DNA from: Felis catus
Lineage: Eukaryota
DNA: 64,000 bases
Assembly: GCF_018350175.1 (NCBI RefSeq)
Contig: NC_058368.1
Coordinates: 203,238,001 to 203,302,000 of the forward strand
Direction of reading: 5' to 3'
The position numbers and the translations under genes are program-made. Position 1 is the first letter of the stretch. Each line of letters starts with the position of its first letter. This document shows positions 49,850-62,711 of the stretch, in pieces. The notes beneath the pieces were generated by a model that made no database searches, was not told the DNA's origin, and saw nothing but the letters and a program-made list of their open reading frames with translations.

Positions 49850-52169
49850 CCTTTACTACATAATAACATTTCTTTTAAATAGAACATCCTTGAAACTATT
49901 ATAAGCAATATAATTTTTCTAAGTATTGTCATAATGTAAATTCTAACAATTTAGTTTTCTTCAAATTATGATGACTCATTAAGGTTTTTGTATGTATGCA
50001 TTTTAATATTCCACTCATAAGTTAGCATTTGTAAAAGATCTTTTTTCTTGCTCTTTTACTTTGGCAATACAGATTTTTATAGGAGAAGAGGCAGAAAATA
50101 TGTTAGGGATTAAGTTGTGCTCATGTATGGTGTGTGTTTCCTCTGATACTTGTGATTAAAGTCGTGTTTTGAGGGGACAGTGTGGGATGAAAGACTGGGA
50201 AAAGATGGCTGAAGATGGTCTGTATCTCCTTTTTGAAATCATTTCAAATAGCAGAGTGGCACCTTCCAATGGAGCTGTGGTTTTCTGCAGCACCTGCAGC
50301 CTGAGGGGCGGACTGTTCTGGGTCAGCCAATTAAGGTGACTGTTCTTTGAAAGACTCAGTAAGGATGTGCTTAAGGCTGTCACTGAGCATTCCACAAGCT
50401 TGCTGATTTCTCTGTTTGGCAGTACATCTGTGTTATTTTGTTTTCAGGTCAAGTTGTTCTCTGTAACAAGGTAATGTTTTCTGACTTCTTTGTAACTTGC
50501 TGCCTTCATATTTCTGAGATTGAAGCATAGAAGAAGTGGCTTTGCTCAGTGAGTGGCCCGTTTATGTTGGAAAGAGGTAGGCGATCAGGGAGGCACGAAG
50601 CAGTGAACCAGCTCACTCAAAACAATGCCAAGTGACCTTGAACTCTGATACTTTAGCATGTTGGGGGGTGGGGGGAGGTGGGAATAATGGAAACTTGATC
50701 TTGGTCCAACAAGAATGAGAAGAGGATGTTTGTTACAGAACAATAAGCTTTGTTATTCAAATATTCCTCTTTAGGATCTCTTCCATAAACTAGTGGAATC
50801 CATTTTCCATTTGCAAACACTCGTCTGTGACCACCTAGAAATAGGCATGCAAACTTTTTTTAAAAAGAGATATAAGAATATGTTTTTCAAAGAAAGCACT
50901 CAATTTGAATAGAAAGTAAAGAATAAACATAATTTTAAATTGTATCAAACATTTTGAAGAGTGTTTAGTTTCCTACAGATATTCTTAAATTAGTGGAATA
51001 TTTTTTATCCTCAGATTGAAGTGGCATATATATGTATTTTTTCTCTATTTTAATACTTCCAATATATTTTTAAGTAATGTATGACAGTTGAGATAGTTAC
51101 TGTTTAATGTGTGAATGCTTCTTTGGCTATGAAAGCCTGGATTCTGATCTTAAAAGCAAAGAAAAACTATTTTTTTTAAAAAGGAAAAATTAAAAAAATT
51201 AGAGAAATGATTTATGTCCACCTAAAAAGGTAAGTATTCACTATATGAAAATGTTCAGAATGTCCCCCAGGGAAGTAAGTCTACCGATTGCCACTATCAC
51301 AACGTGCAGACTTACTACAGGGGTTGGAGACAGTGACCCCAAATGTTCCGCACCTGAGATGTGAAACAATGACATGAAGTATGGCTCACATATGTCCCAT
51401 ATTAGTTTCTTATTTCTAGTCAAATGAAATCATCCCCTCTAAATCCAAGACCTGTTCATGATAGAATAGTTTTTGCCAACCTCAGGAGCCTTAGGGTCTA
51501 CATTTATCCAGATGTTTTGGTTTTTCCAACAGATGGTCCTCAAAAATTTATTCCTATTTCAGTTGCTGCTGCCACTTTAAGTGTTTCCTGGAGATCTTTA
51601 GCATACCCCTCTGAGAGTTTCATGGCATAACAGCCAGGCATCAGGGACTTTTAGTTGTGCTAGGCACATATTCACAAAAAGTAATGAAATATAGACTGAT
51701 AAAAGGACCAGAGATATGAACTCTTTTATTTATAAAAGTGTGCTTATACCTCTAAAAAGTTCACGTGCTTAACGTCAGATCACCACTATGCAGGTGAAAT
51801 GCAATGAATAATTATAATAAATGTATATTGCATAGTGTTCATTATACATTTATGAACCTTTGGCATTCCAAACAGTGACCTCCTGGTCCATCCCCCCCAG
51901 ACTCTTAGTCATTTTCAGCCAGTTTATGGTGGTTATGGTCCATTAATATAATGTTTAACTTAGACTTGTTTGATAAAGGGAGGATGACAGCAGTTTGCTT
52001 ACAATATAACAGTAGCACTTTTAGCACTTCCCCCAAGTGACAGCTCAGGTCCGTTAAGGACAGAAAGTAATCAAACAATCCGTTCTCAGATTAGTTTTAA
52101 GTTTTCTAAGGTTTTGCTAATCCAGGCTATATATAATTATGCACAGGTTTCTAGTTTCCTGAATTGCTC

Positions 52170-52389
52170 TTTTTTTTTTTATTATTTTTTTAGTGTTCAT
52201 TTATTTTGAGACAGAGAGAAAGTGTGAGCAGGGGAGGGGTAGAGAGAGATGGAGAGAGAGAGAATCCCAAGCAGGGTCTGCACTGTCAGGGCAGAGCTTG
52301 ATGTGGGGCTCGATCTCATGAACCGTGAGATCATGCCCTGAGTGGGTCAAGAGTTGGACACCTGACTGACTGAGCCACCCAGGCACCCT
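52170..52389 (-). mobile_element. CanSINE
   Basis: Reverse body. Confidence 0.9.
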
Positions 52390-53085
52390 GCTCAACGTTT
52401 ATAATAAGAATTCCAATTATGATGTGAATTTTCTTCCCTGTCAAACTGTAGATATTTTGTACATTTTTGCATGATTGACAAAGAGTTCAATATTGATTTA
52501 GAACTAAATATATTTCAGTGTTTTCAGGGATATCAGAAAATGACTTAGGAAAATCTTAACTTTTGAAAATTCTTAGCACATATCAAATCATTTATGATTT
52601 TTCTTACTTTTGGCGGTCTTTACAAGTAGAGGGCCAGATTTGTGAATCGATTTATAGTGTAAGCAGACTGGAAGTAAAAGAAAGTAAGAGACAGAAATGT
52701 AAGATATGCCATTAAGTGCAGAGCTTAAATTACTAAATATCAAAGAGCAGTCCAGACAAGAAATAAATGGGGAAACACAAATACCGAAAGAAACAAATAG
52801 TACAGAAGGAGATATTGATATTTTTATAAAGACTGCACAATACTGTTTGATACAAGGAACAAATAGAAAATTAAAACAAAACTCCCTAAACCTAATTGGG
52901 TTATAACTGAGAAGCTTTATAGCCTCCTGAGTCCCTCACTAGCTCTTCTTCTCTACAATTTGCTCATAATTGCAGTCACAATGTGGATACATTTTTACTC
53001 TGCTTCTTCTCATACATCCTCTATCACAAGATATTCTCAAGATACACCTGCTGCTAGCTTCTTATGCACTGTTTTGGTTCTGTAA

Positions 53086-53297
53086 CAGAAATTGTTGAAC
53101 TACAGCCCATAAGCCAATCTACCTGTTTTCATAAATAATTTTTTTTTGGAACATAGCCACACCCACTTGTTTCTAAATTGTCTACAGCTTCTTTTGTAGT
53201 ACAACAGAAAAGTTGCATGTTTGCTACACAGCCAATGCGGCCTGCAATCTAACAGGGTTACTAACTTGCCATTGAAGAAAAAGTTTGCTGATGCCTC
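53086..53297. mobile_element. MER58A-like MITE
   Basis: aactacagccca..ttggaacatagccacacccacttgttt..ttgtctacagct..aaaaagtttgctga. Confidence 0.75.
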
Positions 53298-54085
53298 TTA
53301 CTCTACCTTTTTTCTGCCATGGGATATTAAAGTTCTTTCCACGTCTTTTGCCTATTATAATAATATCCCTGTGAGTATTTATGTACATATTTATCCTTTT
53401 CAAATTTTTTTTTCCTAAAGAAACATACCAAGGGTTACTGAATCAAAACATACACGTATTTTTGTTCAATACAAAACTGATTTCCAAAAGTGTTGCACAA
53501 GTGGACACAGTCCAAGTTGCCACAAGTCGTGTTTCAGTTTATGAGATCCAATAGCATTTTGCAATACTGAATGTTATTATATATTTTAATTTTTAACAGT
53601 TTTGTTACCATTTATATGAACACTATATTTTTGATTATGAAAGAAATACAATACTAACAAATTTTTCAAATAAAATTTGACAAGCTGATTCTAAAATTCA
53701 GCCAGAAGAGAAAAAAAAAAACAAGATTAGTTTAACTAAAAAGTTTAACTGGGAGATGGATGATGGGAAAGTTTTACCAAATTTTACCAAATTTTACCAA
53801 ATGCCATAATACTATAAAGCCGTGTTTAACAAAATGCAGTGATACTGGCACCAAGTTAAATAGATTGATTAAACACAAGAGTTCTGAAAGACATAGAGCT
53901 TCATAATTTCGGCAATTTTGTGTATATTGAATGTAGTATTTAAGATATGTGGGAAAATTATGCACTGTCCTATGAATGGTATTCTAATAACTTAGGCTGT
54001 CTATTAAAAAAAGATTAAATTCTTCACTCTATACAACAAATTCTAGAGGATCTACCAGATACAAATTTAAAAAGCTGTAGAAACA

Positions 54086-54279
54086 GGGATGTCTGGGTGA
54101 TTCAATCCATCAAGCGTCTGACTTTGGCTCAGGTCATGCTCTCATCTCACGGCTTCTGAGTTGGAGCCCCACATTGGTCTCTGCTGACAGCTAAGAGCCT
54201 GGATGGAGCCTTCTTCAGATTCTGTATCTCTCTGCCCCTCCCCCCCCCCAAGAATAAACATTAAAAAAATTTTTTTTAC
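54086..54279 (+). mobile_element. CanSINE
   Basis: TSD ttaaaaagctgtagaaaca. Confidence 0.9.
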
Positions 54280-54684
54280 TTAAAAAGCTGTAGAAACATT
54301 TAAAAATAATTATAAGGAAAAATTAACTAGGATTGGTGAAGGACTTAGAAGAAATATACAACTAAGGTCTAAAGAGAGAGGGTTCATTCTTCCCACACAA
54401 TACTGGCAACAAGTATACATTATCAAAAATATTCTTTCTCCCCACCTTGCAGCCTTAAAATGCCTGGCAAATGACTTTAGAATTAACGTAAGTTTCTTCT
54501 TCCCTGTTGACCACTGTATTGTAAAACAACTAGAATAATGTCTGGTGCACAGGAAGCACACATATTTGACAGATGGGTGTAGTATAAAATTTAATCTTTA
54601 AATTACTAACATAAAATCATGTTTGGAGGCAGGGTTCCTAAAACTAAACTGCTGTTTGGACACTGCGTACATGTCTTCATCAAC

Positions 54685-55560
54685 CCATTTGTTCAGCCAA
54701 TATGTATGTATATATGCAAGTATGTGTTTATTACATCCTTATTATAGATAATCCAATCATGGTTTCTGCTTTCAAGGCACTCACACTGCATTGGGGAAGA
54801 TAGATAATAACCAGGTAAGTCAGTGACAAAGAAAAGATGAGGGGTTATAGTGCTTTATGGTAGATAATGGGGAGTAGATGGTGGGGATCGTGACTCAGGG
54901 GCTACCTTTGGTTGAAAGATGAGCAAAGGCTTCTCTGAGAAAGTAACATGAAGCCAGTGGTGTGTTTGGAGGAGGGACAATTGTGCCCCCAAGGGGACAT
55001 TGGGCAATGCCTGGAAACAGTCTTAATACAACTTGGGGGAGAGAAGAGGTTTGCTACCGGTATCTGGCAGACAGAGCCCAGGGATAATCCTGAATATCCT
55101 ACAAAGCACAGGACCTCCTCCCCCACAACAAAAAAAATTACCCAGACTAAAATGTTAATTGTATAGAGACTGAGAGATCCTGCATGAAGTTAAAATCGAT
55201 ATGGCAAAAATTGATCAACCTTGAGTTGTCTGCTGCAAGAATATTCCAGGCAGAGGAAAATGTCTATAGCAAATATCTAAAAATAGGAACTTGTGTAATG
55301 TGTAGGAGAAATGAGAAGAAACCTATCTCGGGAAAGTGGGAGGAGAGGTAGAGAGGGGGTAGGGAGATGGTTCCCAGTAAGGGATTGGATATGTTATGTG
55401 GAGTGCAAAGGGAAGACAAGGGAGAGACTTACTCTGTGGTGCATCATGACCTGCCTTGCATTTTTCAAAGATCAGTTTGGATGCTTCTTGGAGGAAAGAA
55501 AACTGGGAGAGAGCCAAAGGGTTAAGTAAGTGATAAAAAGAAATCATTTAGAGGCAACAG
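54685..55560 (-). mobile_element. Degraded L2, interrupted by MER20
   Basis: ctgctttcaaggcactcaca..ggggaagatagat; aatattccaggcagaggaaa; tttcaaagatcagtttggatgct. Confidence 0.6.
54955..55182. mobile_element. MER20 hAT-Charlie MITE
   Basis: cagtgg..tgcccccaaggggacattgggcaatgcctgga..catg; 8-bp hAT-type TSD catgaagc/catgaagt (54947-54954, 55183-55190). Confidence 0.85.
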
Positions 55561-55929
55561 AACACGTTGGTCACTTGTGTGGAATGCAGCTAAAAGTTCA
55601 GTCATTTTGTGACACGAACATTTTTTATTTTTTCTTCGCAGTATCCAGGGCTATCATCACACACTGACTTGAGTCTAGCACTGAACACTGTGCTAAAAGT
55701 TGTACGTACATCATGGAACAGAACCTTTTAACGACCTGCAAGGAACGTACTACTATCTCAATTAACAAAAGAGAAGACTGAGGTCAAAAGAATTTGAGTA
55801 ATTTATCTGTCATCACCCAGATAATAAATAGTAGAGCTGATTCAAACTCCTTACATTTCTTCATTCCTTGTTCTTAAACACTATACATGATCTTCTAAGG
55901 GAGTTAAGCATAGGCAAGAAATCCCAGAC

Positions 55930-56147
55930 TTTTAAAAAATATTTATTTATTTATTTATTCATTTTGAGAGAGAGAGAGAGAGAGAGAGAGCACTGGGGAG
56001 GGGCAGAGACAGGGGGAGAGGGAGAATCCCAAGCAGTCTTCACATTGTCAGTGCAGAGCCCAATGTGGGGCTCAAACTCACAAACTGTGAGATCATGACC
56101 TGACCTGAAATCAAGAGTCGGACGCTTAACTGACTGAGCCACCCCCG
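55930..56147 (-). mobile_element. CanSINE
   Basis: Flanked by cagactttt. Confidence 0.9.
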
Positions 56148-59100
56148 ATCTCCTCTCAGACTTTTTAAAATGGCAGTTTGTTCTCAACCAAATGAGACAA
56201 AATGCATGGTTTAGCATTTTTGTTCTTCAATCAATCATACAGGCAATGAAAAACCTCTGCATTTCATGATTATTATTGGGTCTTCAAGGTTCCCAGAAGT
56301 TATCTTTATTCTCTATCTTTGGTAGTATAGGTATCGCTTTCAAGTAGCTATTACTTTTAATGGATACATCTTTGACCATTTTGTCTCTCCTGGGTCCCAC
56401 TTTATCCCTTCTATTGTTCTCTGGGTTCTCATGCTTTGTTCTATTCTCATATTGGGTTCTCATAAGATAATCTTTATCCTTTTCCTCCCCACCCCCAAAT
56501 CCATGATGTTACCTCTCAGTCAGCCATGCATTCAAGCAGGCACAGCTTGTTGGAACAGCCTGCCCTTTGTGAGCACAAAATAGAACTGGATCCTGGCAAT
56601 GGCTTATTCCTCATTTGAATAACTATAAGAAACAGGGAACAGGGAAAGGGAATTTGAGGAAGCCCACCCATTGCTGTACAAAAAAAAAAAAAAAAAAACA
56701 ACTTTTTTTTTTTCCCCTTGTTAAAAGGGAGTCAATATCATCTGACCATCTTTTACCTCCAGATAAGTTACTAGCTATCCCTGGATAATGCTTGCTCTCC
56801 CTACCCCAATTGTACCCTACCCCCCTCCCTTTTTAGAGTGGCTCTTCATGGCTCTTATTCGTGAGCTTTATTCTTATGTTCATGAGCCTTATTCCCAACG
56901 TCTCTGGGATATGGCCACCATTCATACATTTGTTGAGATTCTATTTTATCATGTCTGTCTAAACATCTAATAAGTAAACAGGAATTCTAGGGGCCTCCTG
57001 ATGTTAAAAATTGCTAGCCAGATGTATGAAAATTAGAACTTTTCTGTGATCTATATCTCATGAGTAACAACCACTAAAAATGCCATGCTAAAATGGTAGC
57101 CATTAAAATATAGAATATGACTGATCAATAAAATTAAACCATATTCCAACACTATCCATTTCTAGAGCTATTGATCCTTATAATAAGTATTTTCATTGTC
57201 ATTGAGGAAAGTGGTAGGATACAGGTGACTGTAAATATTCTAGACAAATTTCTAGACACTATAAAATCTGTTTCTGATGCTGCCACATCATTTAAACTTA
57301 CATAAATTTAGGGAAAGTCTCTAAAACTTGCATGTTTGTTTCTTCTTTTTGTTTTTGTTTTGAAACATGTACCTAATATATACCACAGAACTGGTGTGAT
57401 AATTGAGAGATAATATAGTTGAAAGTGTTCTAAAAAGTACACATCTAAAAATCAGTTTATTCTTACATAGAAATGGAAAATAGCTTCACATTTGTTCAGA
57501 TGACCTAACCGCAGTCATAGTAAAGTCATAGTAAAGTGCCTGTATGTGTAGATGCTACGCATTTAACATTTTAGGTAATCACCATCTAGTCTGAAAAGAC
57601 AAAAGATACCTCTTTCTACACCAAGCATCCTCACTTAGCAGAGATCAAGTTCTACTGCAGCCAGTTTGGCATCAGTGGTAATCTTTGTGTTTAATGGTGG
57701 CTTTCTATTGTAAACATCAAAGTTTTCCAGGGATGAAAGAGAAAAAAAAAAAAAAAACAGTCATTGATTTACCTGACGCTGAGGCATGTATACATAAGCT
57801 GTGCTCCCAGTCTCTAATAAAAAAGCTGATGCTTTGTTCTCAAAAGCGTTCATAACAAGATTCCTCTTTTCTCCAATGCTGGACTGGACAGAGGATTGTG
57901 GAGGAAAATAAGAGATTAAAGGCCTTTATTTCTATATTGTTAAGTTATAGGAACTTGAGAATATCGTTTGGTTGTCATCTAATTGAGAAGTTCATTCAAT
58001 GTACGTGGTATCCAAATTCACCTTGACACCTGATTTGCCATGGAAGATAAAAATCTAACATTGTTTGGGTCAGTTTTTAAGAACCTGGCTAAAAAGGATT
58101 TCTGTCATATCTTTTTTGATTCTTCCTTGCTTACAAAATTATACTTCACTATAGTTAGGTAAGCAATGATGACATATGAAAGGTCTTCCCTCACAAACCT
58201 GATTATCTAGTTTTTCCCAAAGGAATTCCTTTGATGTTGCATCATGTAGAGGGTGGCTGGCAAAGGTTAAATGCATGAAGAAAATTCTTGACGTTTCTGC
58301 AACTGAAAAAGACAATTCGATGCAACATTTTGTGCAACGATCACTAGAAAAGCAATGGAATAATTTGGTAACTCTTGTTGGTAATTTTTAAGTGAAACTT
58401 CCTATCTAAGTGAAATTTATTTAAGTGAAATCTCTTCTAATTTTAAGTGAAATTTCTTTATCTAATGCTGACAGCAGTAAATAGCTTAGCTTTTCTGTCT
58501 TCATTTATCAAACAGTTAAATTCAATAGATACAGACTGGGGCTTAGGGTACGACATCGGAATATGCAACAATAACTCTTTGTCAGCTGCACCATATAATA
58601 TGGACCAATGGATCTAGAAAAGGCCATCTCAAAGCTGCAATTGGTGAACTAACACTTCTCAGTGCCAGCTTCATAATGACATCATAAAACAATTGTGGCT
58701 TATCCCAATTTAGAGCTCTCTGGCTTAGCGAATTTAGGTGTGACTAAAAGAGTATTTTCAATAAAAGCACTTGCCAATTTAAGATATTCAATTTACTGTG
58801 CCAATTTAAAAACATCTTAATGTACAGCATATAATATGAACTTTTCAGTCATCTATGAGGTAACCTGAGCAGTAGAGGAAGAAACCTAGACTCATAATTG
58901 CAAGGTCATGAGCCCAGAAAAGGATATGGTGGCATTCACTCATCCTGTCCAATTTAGTTGCCATAGTTTTAGTTGCTTATTTTCCCTCAGTATGCTGTGA
59001 CTAAGGATTTCTCTTTTTTAATATTTAGTTCCATATGCAAACTATGCCTTCCCCTCCATCCCAACTGGGTCAACTTTTTTTTTTTTTTTTTTTTTTTTTT

Positions 59101-62100
59101 ACATTTCCATCCATGACTCCTTCATCCACTTTCTACTTTTGTTTCCTGGAGAACGGATATGGAATGTCCTGTTGGAATCTGAAGTCCGGGGCTGAATTGC
59201 AGTCTGGTTCCAGCCTCTCTCTCTGAGCACCATTTTTTATACTTGGGTGTTATACAGGCTCCTTGTGAGAATGAAGGGAGTTGGCATAAGTAGACACCTC
59301 AGGCAGAAGGTAGAAGGTCTGACCCAAAACACACTCCTCACACTGACTACAGAACTTACGTTATCATTTGAACTTTACTTGCTTAGTTAATTGCTTCTTA
59401 CATGAAATATCCTATATTACTGGGTAGATAGTATGCTCAGAGACGACGTGTATTGTAGGCACATTCAGTATCCTTCACCTGTCTAACAAAGTGCTTTGTA
59501 TACAGGAGGTAAATAAGTAAATACATAGATGGACAGACGAATGAATAAATGTTCTTGCTCCTGATCCTTATCCTACCAGTGGCTGCAACGCAGAAGACAT
59601 TCTGCACACCTGCTGGTGCATCAATTTAGGGGAAGTACTATGGAGAAGAACTGTGTTTAGGATCTATGTGTCCAAGATAAAGATGCTTCCTATGGGGGCT
59701 GACAGGGAGCATGAATACCTGGGACACTCTGGGGTATTTTGAACCAAATACCAAGTGTATATTTTAATTCCCTTTTCACACTCCATTCTCAACTGATTAC
59801 CTGCTGATCCCACTTAGAATCATTAGCAAAAACAAGTCCCTGCATAATAAGCCCCTCTAGGTTTTACCGGGCCCCAAATGTCTATTTTTATATATCTGAC
59901 AAATAGAGGAAATTTTTTAAACTTCACCATTTCAAATTTGTAATGCAAATTCACATTCATTTCAGTTTTCTTTCCTCGTCATTTAACTGAAGAGAAATAG
60001 CCAGGTTATTAAGAGAGCAGAGAAAAAATGGCAAGGATCGCTTTTCTCCCTGACAACATAAATTTCAGATTTATATGTGTTTGCTGTCCTTCATCTATCG
60101 CATGCATGCCTTATACCGGGTGTCCTCTCTGTTGCCATTCAGGATGTTCCCAAGCCACCCTCTGAACCAGCGCTTGGTCAAGTTGGCATTATGGTTCTTT
60201 CTGTTAGTATCCTGCTTAATGTCTCATGCCAAAAAAATAAATAAATAAATAAATAATAAAACCCCTAGCAGCAACAAACATAACACATAATAATAATGCC
60301 ATACCTTCCAAAGGCCAACAGAGAGGATTTTTGGATTATCCACTATTCAGGATAATCTTCACTCCCGATCTCCCCTATTATTAGCGTGCATAATTGAGAA
60401 TTCCCTGCATGTAACCTGACTTCCTTGCAAGAGAGCCATAAAAATCTCTGGCCCTTAGAGCAGTTTCAATGAATGAAATTAATTAAGAGAAAGAATTTGA
60501 GGTCCTGGGATGGGAATCATTGTAGAGCACTTTTAAATTATAGTGTCATGACTGGATATTGGAGTAAATTCTTTGATCTCCTTTCTCGTTAACAAGATGA
60601 TATGATATTTTAAAGGCAATCATTCCATTTTGAAGGTCTGCTGACATCACCAACCATCAGAGCACAGTATGGAAATAAGATACCCACTTCTCTCTGCTTC
60701 CTCTTACTGATTTCATGCAATGACCTTGCAGTTATTAAATATAGGCCAACTTGCACTCTCAGACCTCAGGCAACCTCTTTTTTAAGTGATTGCTTACTCC
60801 CCAACATTTCTACTAAAATTTGATGCTTAAAGATCACTTAATGGAGGTAACCAATTTACCCCTGTCCCTTGGGTGGTCCCCCAGGGCAGTTTTTGCTGTT
60901 TCAATACAATTACAAAATGCTTCCAGGCTCTGTGAACTTGGTTATACAAGAAGGTTATGGCAACAAAGACTGTTTTCTTTGGAAAATTGTTACAAAGTGC
61001 TGACCTTCCTAAAGTATATAGCATTCTGAAAAGCCTGAAAGCCCAGATGCTTAACACTGTGAGAGACAGAGCCAAATTCTAGAACCAGAGGCATGAGTTA
61101 AAGTGCAGGATGCACTGAACCAAGACAAGCTAGAAGAGAACTTTCTTTCAGGAACATTTATTTCATGTCCTGTAGCCTGGATTCAAACAAAATTCCTTTG
61201 TTGACTCTCAAGTATGTTTAGGAGCATCTGACCTAGGAATGGCTTTGAGTCTCATACATGGATCAGAGAGTTGTAGCAAAGCCAGGATGATTTTGAAGGA
61301 TTGTAGTGAAAAGCAGGATCTCATTTAATGACTAGCTGCCTTCCTGTTACACATCAAGAGCATGATTCAAACAACTAAGTATACAATCCAGGCAAGACAA
61401 CAAATAAGTAAGATAAAAGCACTGGTTACAGTCTCAGGCTTTGTGTATACTCATTACAGGGCATCCACATGGAAGTTACATGTTATTTACTGAAAAATGC
61501 ATATTTCCTAATTTTGCAGACCCACGTGAGGAAGGGTGTTCTCTGGGGATGGGGAGGGGCTGAGAGGGGTGGGGAAGTTGGTGAGAATCCCCCTCCACCC
61601 ACAAAAGCAATTACTGGGACAGAAACAGCATCCCCTTCTCCCCCCCCGCCCCCAAAGGCCAAACACTGTGGGATGCACTGAACACTGTTCAGATCCACAA
61701 GGATCTTCCATTTCTATTAAGTTGATTTAGTGCCACATAAGGAGGACATAAATGAGTAAGACCATAGGCCTTTCCTTGAGACCTGAGGGTTTCATAAAGC
61801 ACCTTTTCAGAAACAAGTGGCCTCAGTAATGCTGCAAGCCTTAAGGCTACAAAGTCAGCATTTATGGTGTACTGATTTTGTCATACATGGATTTTGCTAG
61901 AATTTTAAAATGGATTTACAGTAATTTAATAAGTGGTTAAACTGTAACCATAGGACTAGAACTGCGTTCAGTTGTTCAACTGACTTAACTATTGCCTTAT
62001 TAATAGGCATTTAGGTTAATTTCTTTCTTGTATATTTTCTTACATTTTATCTTGTAGAATGTGAATTGCATCATCCTTCCTTGGTCATCTTTCTTGTATG

Positions 62101-62471
62101 GAGTGTTTGTGGGGCAAATCCCTAAGGCAGGGTTATGGAGGCAAAGCACATGACTACTTCCATAGTTCCTGGATGTATTAAGATAATCTAGTGTTAGAGA
62201 ATAATAGAAAGGTTAGCAATCTTTTTGATGCTTCAATTTCCTCTTGAGTATAACTTCTACTGAAAAACAAAACAAATGTTGGTAAGAGAGCATTATAATT
62301 TTCATAGTTCTAGTGATACTCATCACCCCTACAAGAGAGGCTGAGCTCTCAAGGCACTTAGAGAATTGCAAAATAGATTGCTAAATACTTGTCTGTTCAA
62401 TTATTAGACTTGTGAAAAGATCACAGAAGACTGGAAACTAATAAATATCATCCTTGTCAAAAGGCGAGACA

Positions 62472-62711
62472 TTTTATTTTTTTAAAAAAAAAATTTTTTT
62501 TTCAACGTTTATTTATTTTTGGAACAGAGAGAGACAGAGCATGAACGGGGGGAGGGGGGGGGGTCAGAGAGAGGGAGACACAGAATCCGAAACAGGCTCC
62601 AGGCTCTGAGCCATCAGCCCAGAGCCTGACGCGGGGCTCGAACTCACGGACCGCGAGATCGTGACCTGGCTGAAGTCGGACGCTTAACCGACTGCGCCAC
62701 ACAGGCACCCC
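62472..62711 (-). mobile_element. Young CanSINE
   Basis: TSD caaaaggYgaSacatttta. Confidence 0.93.

Noticed and set aside
53772..53802. Three tandem copies of ttttaccaaa
   Set aside because: Simple slippage within degraded L1-like sequence
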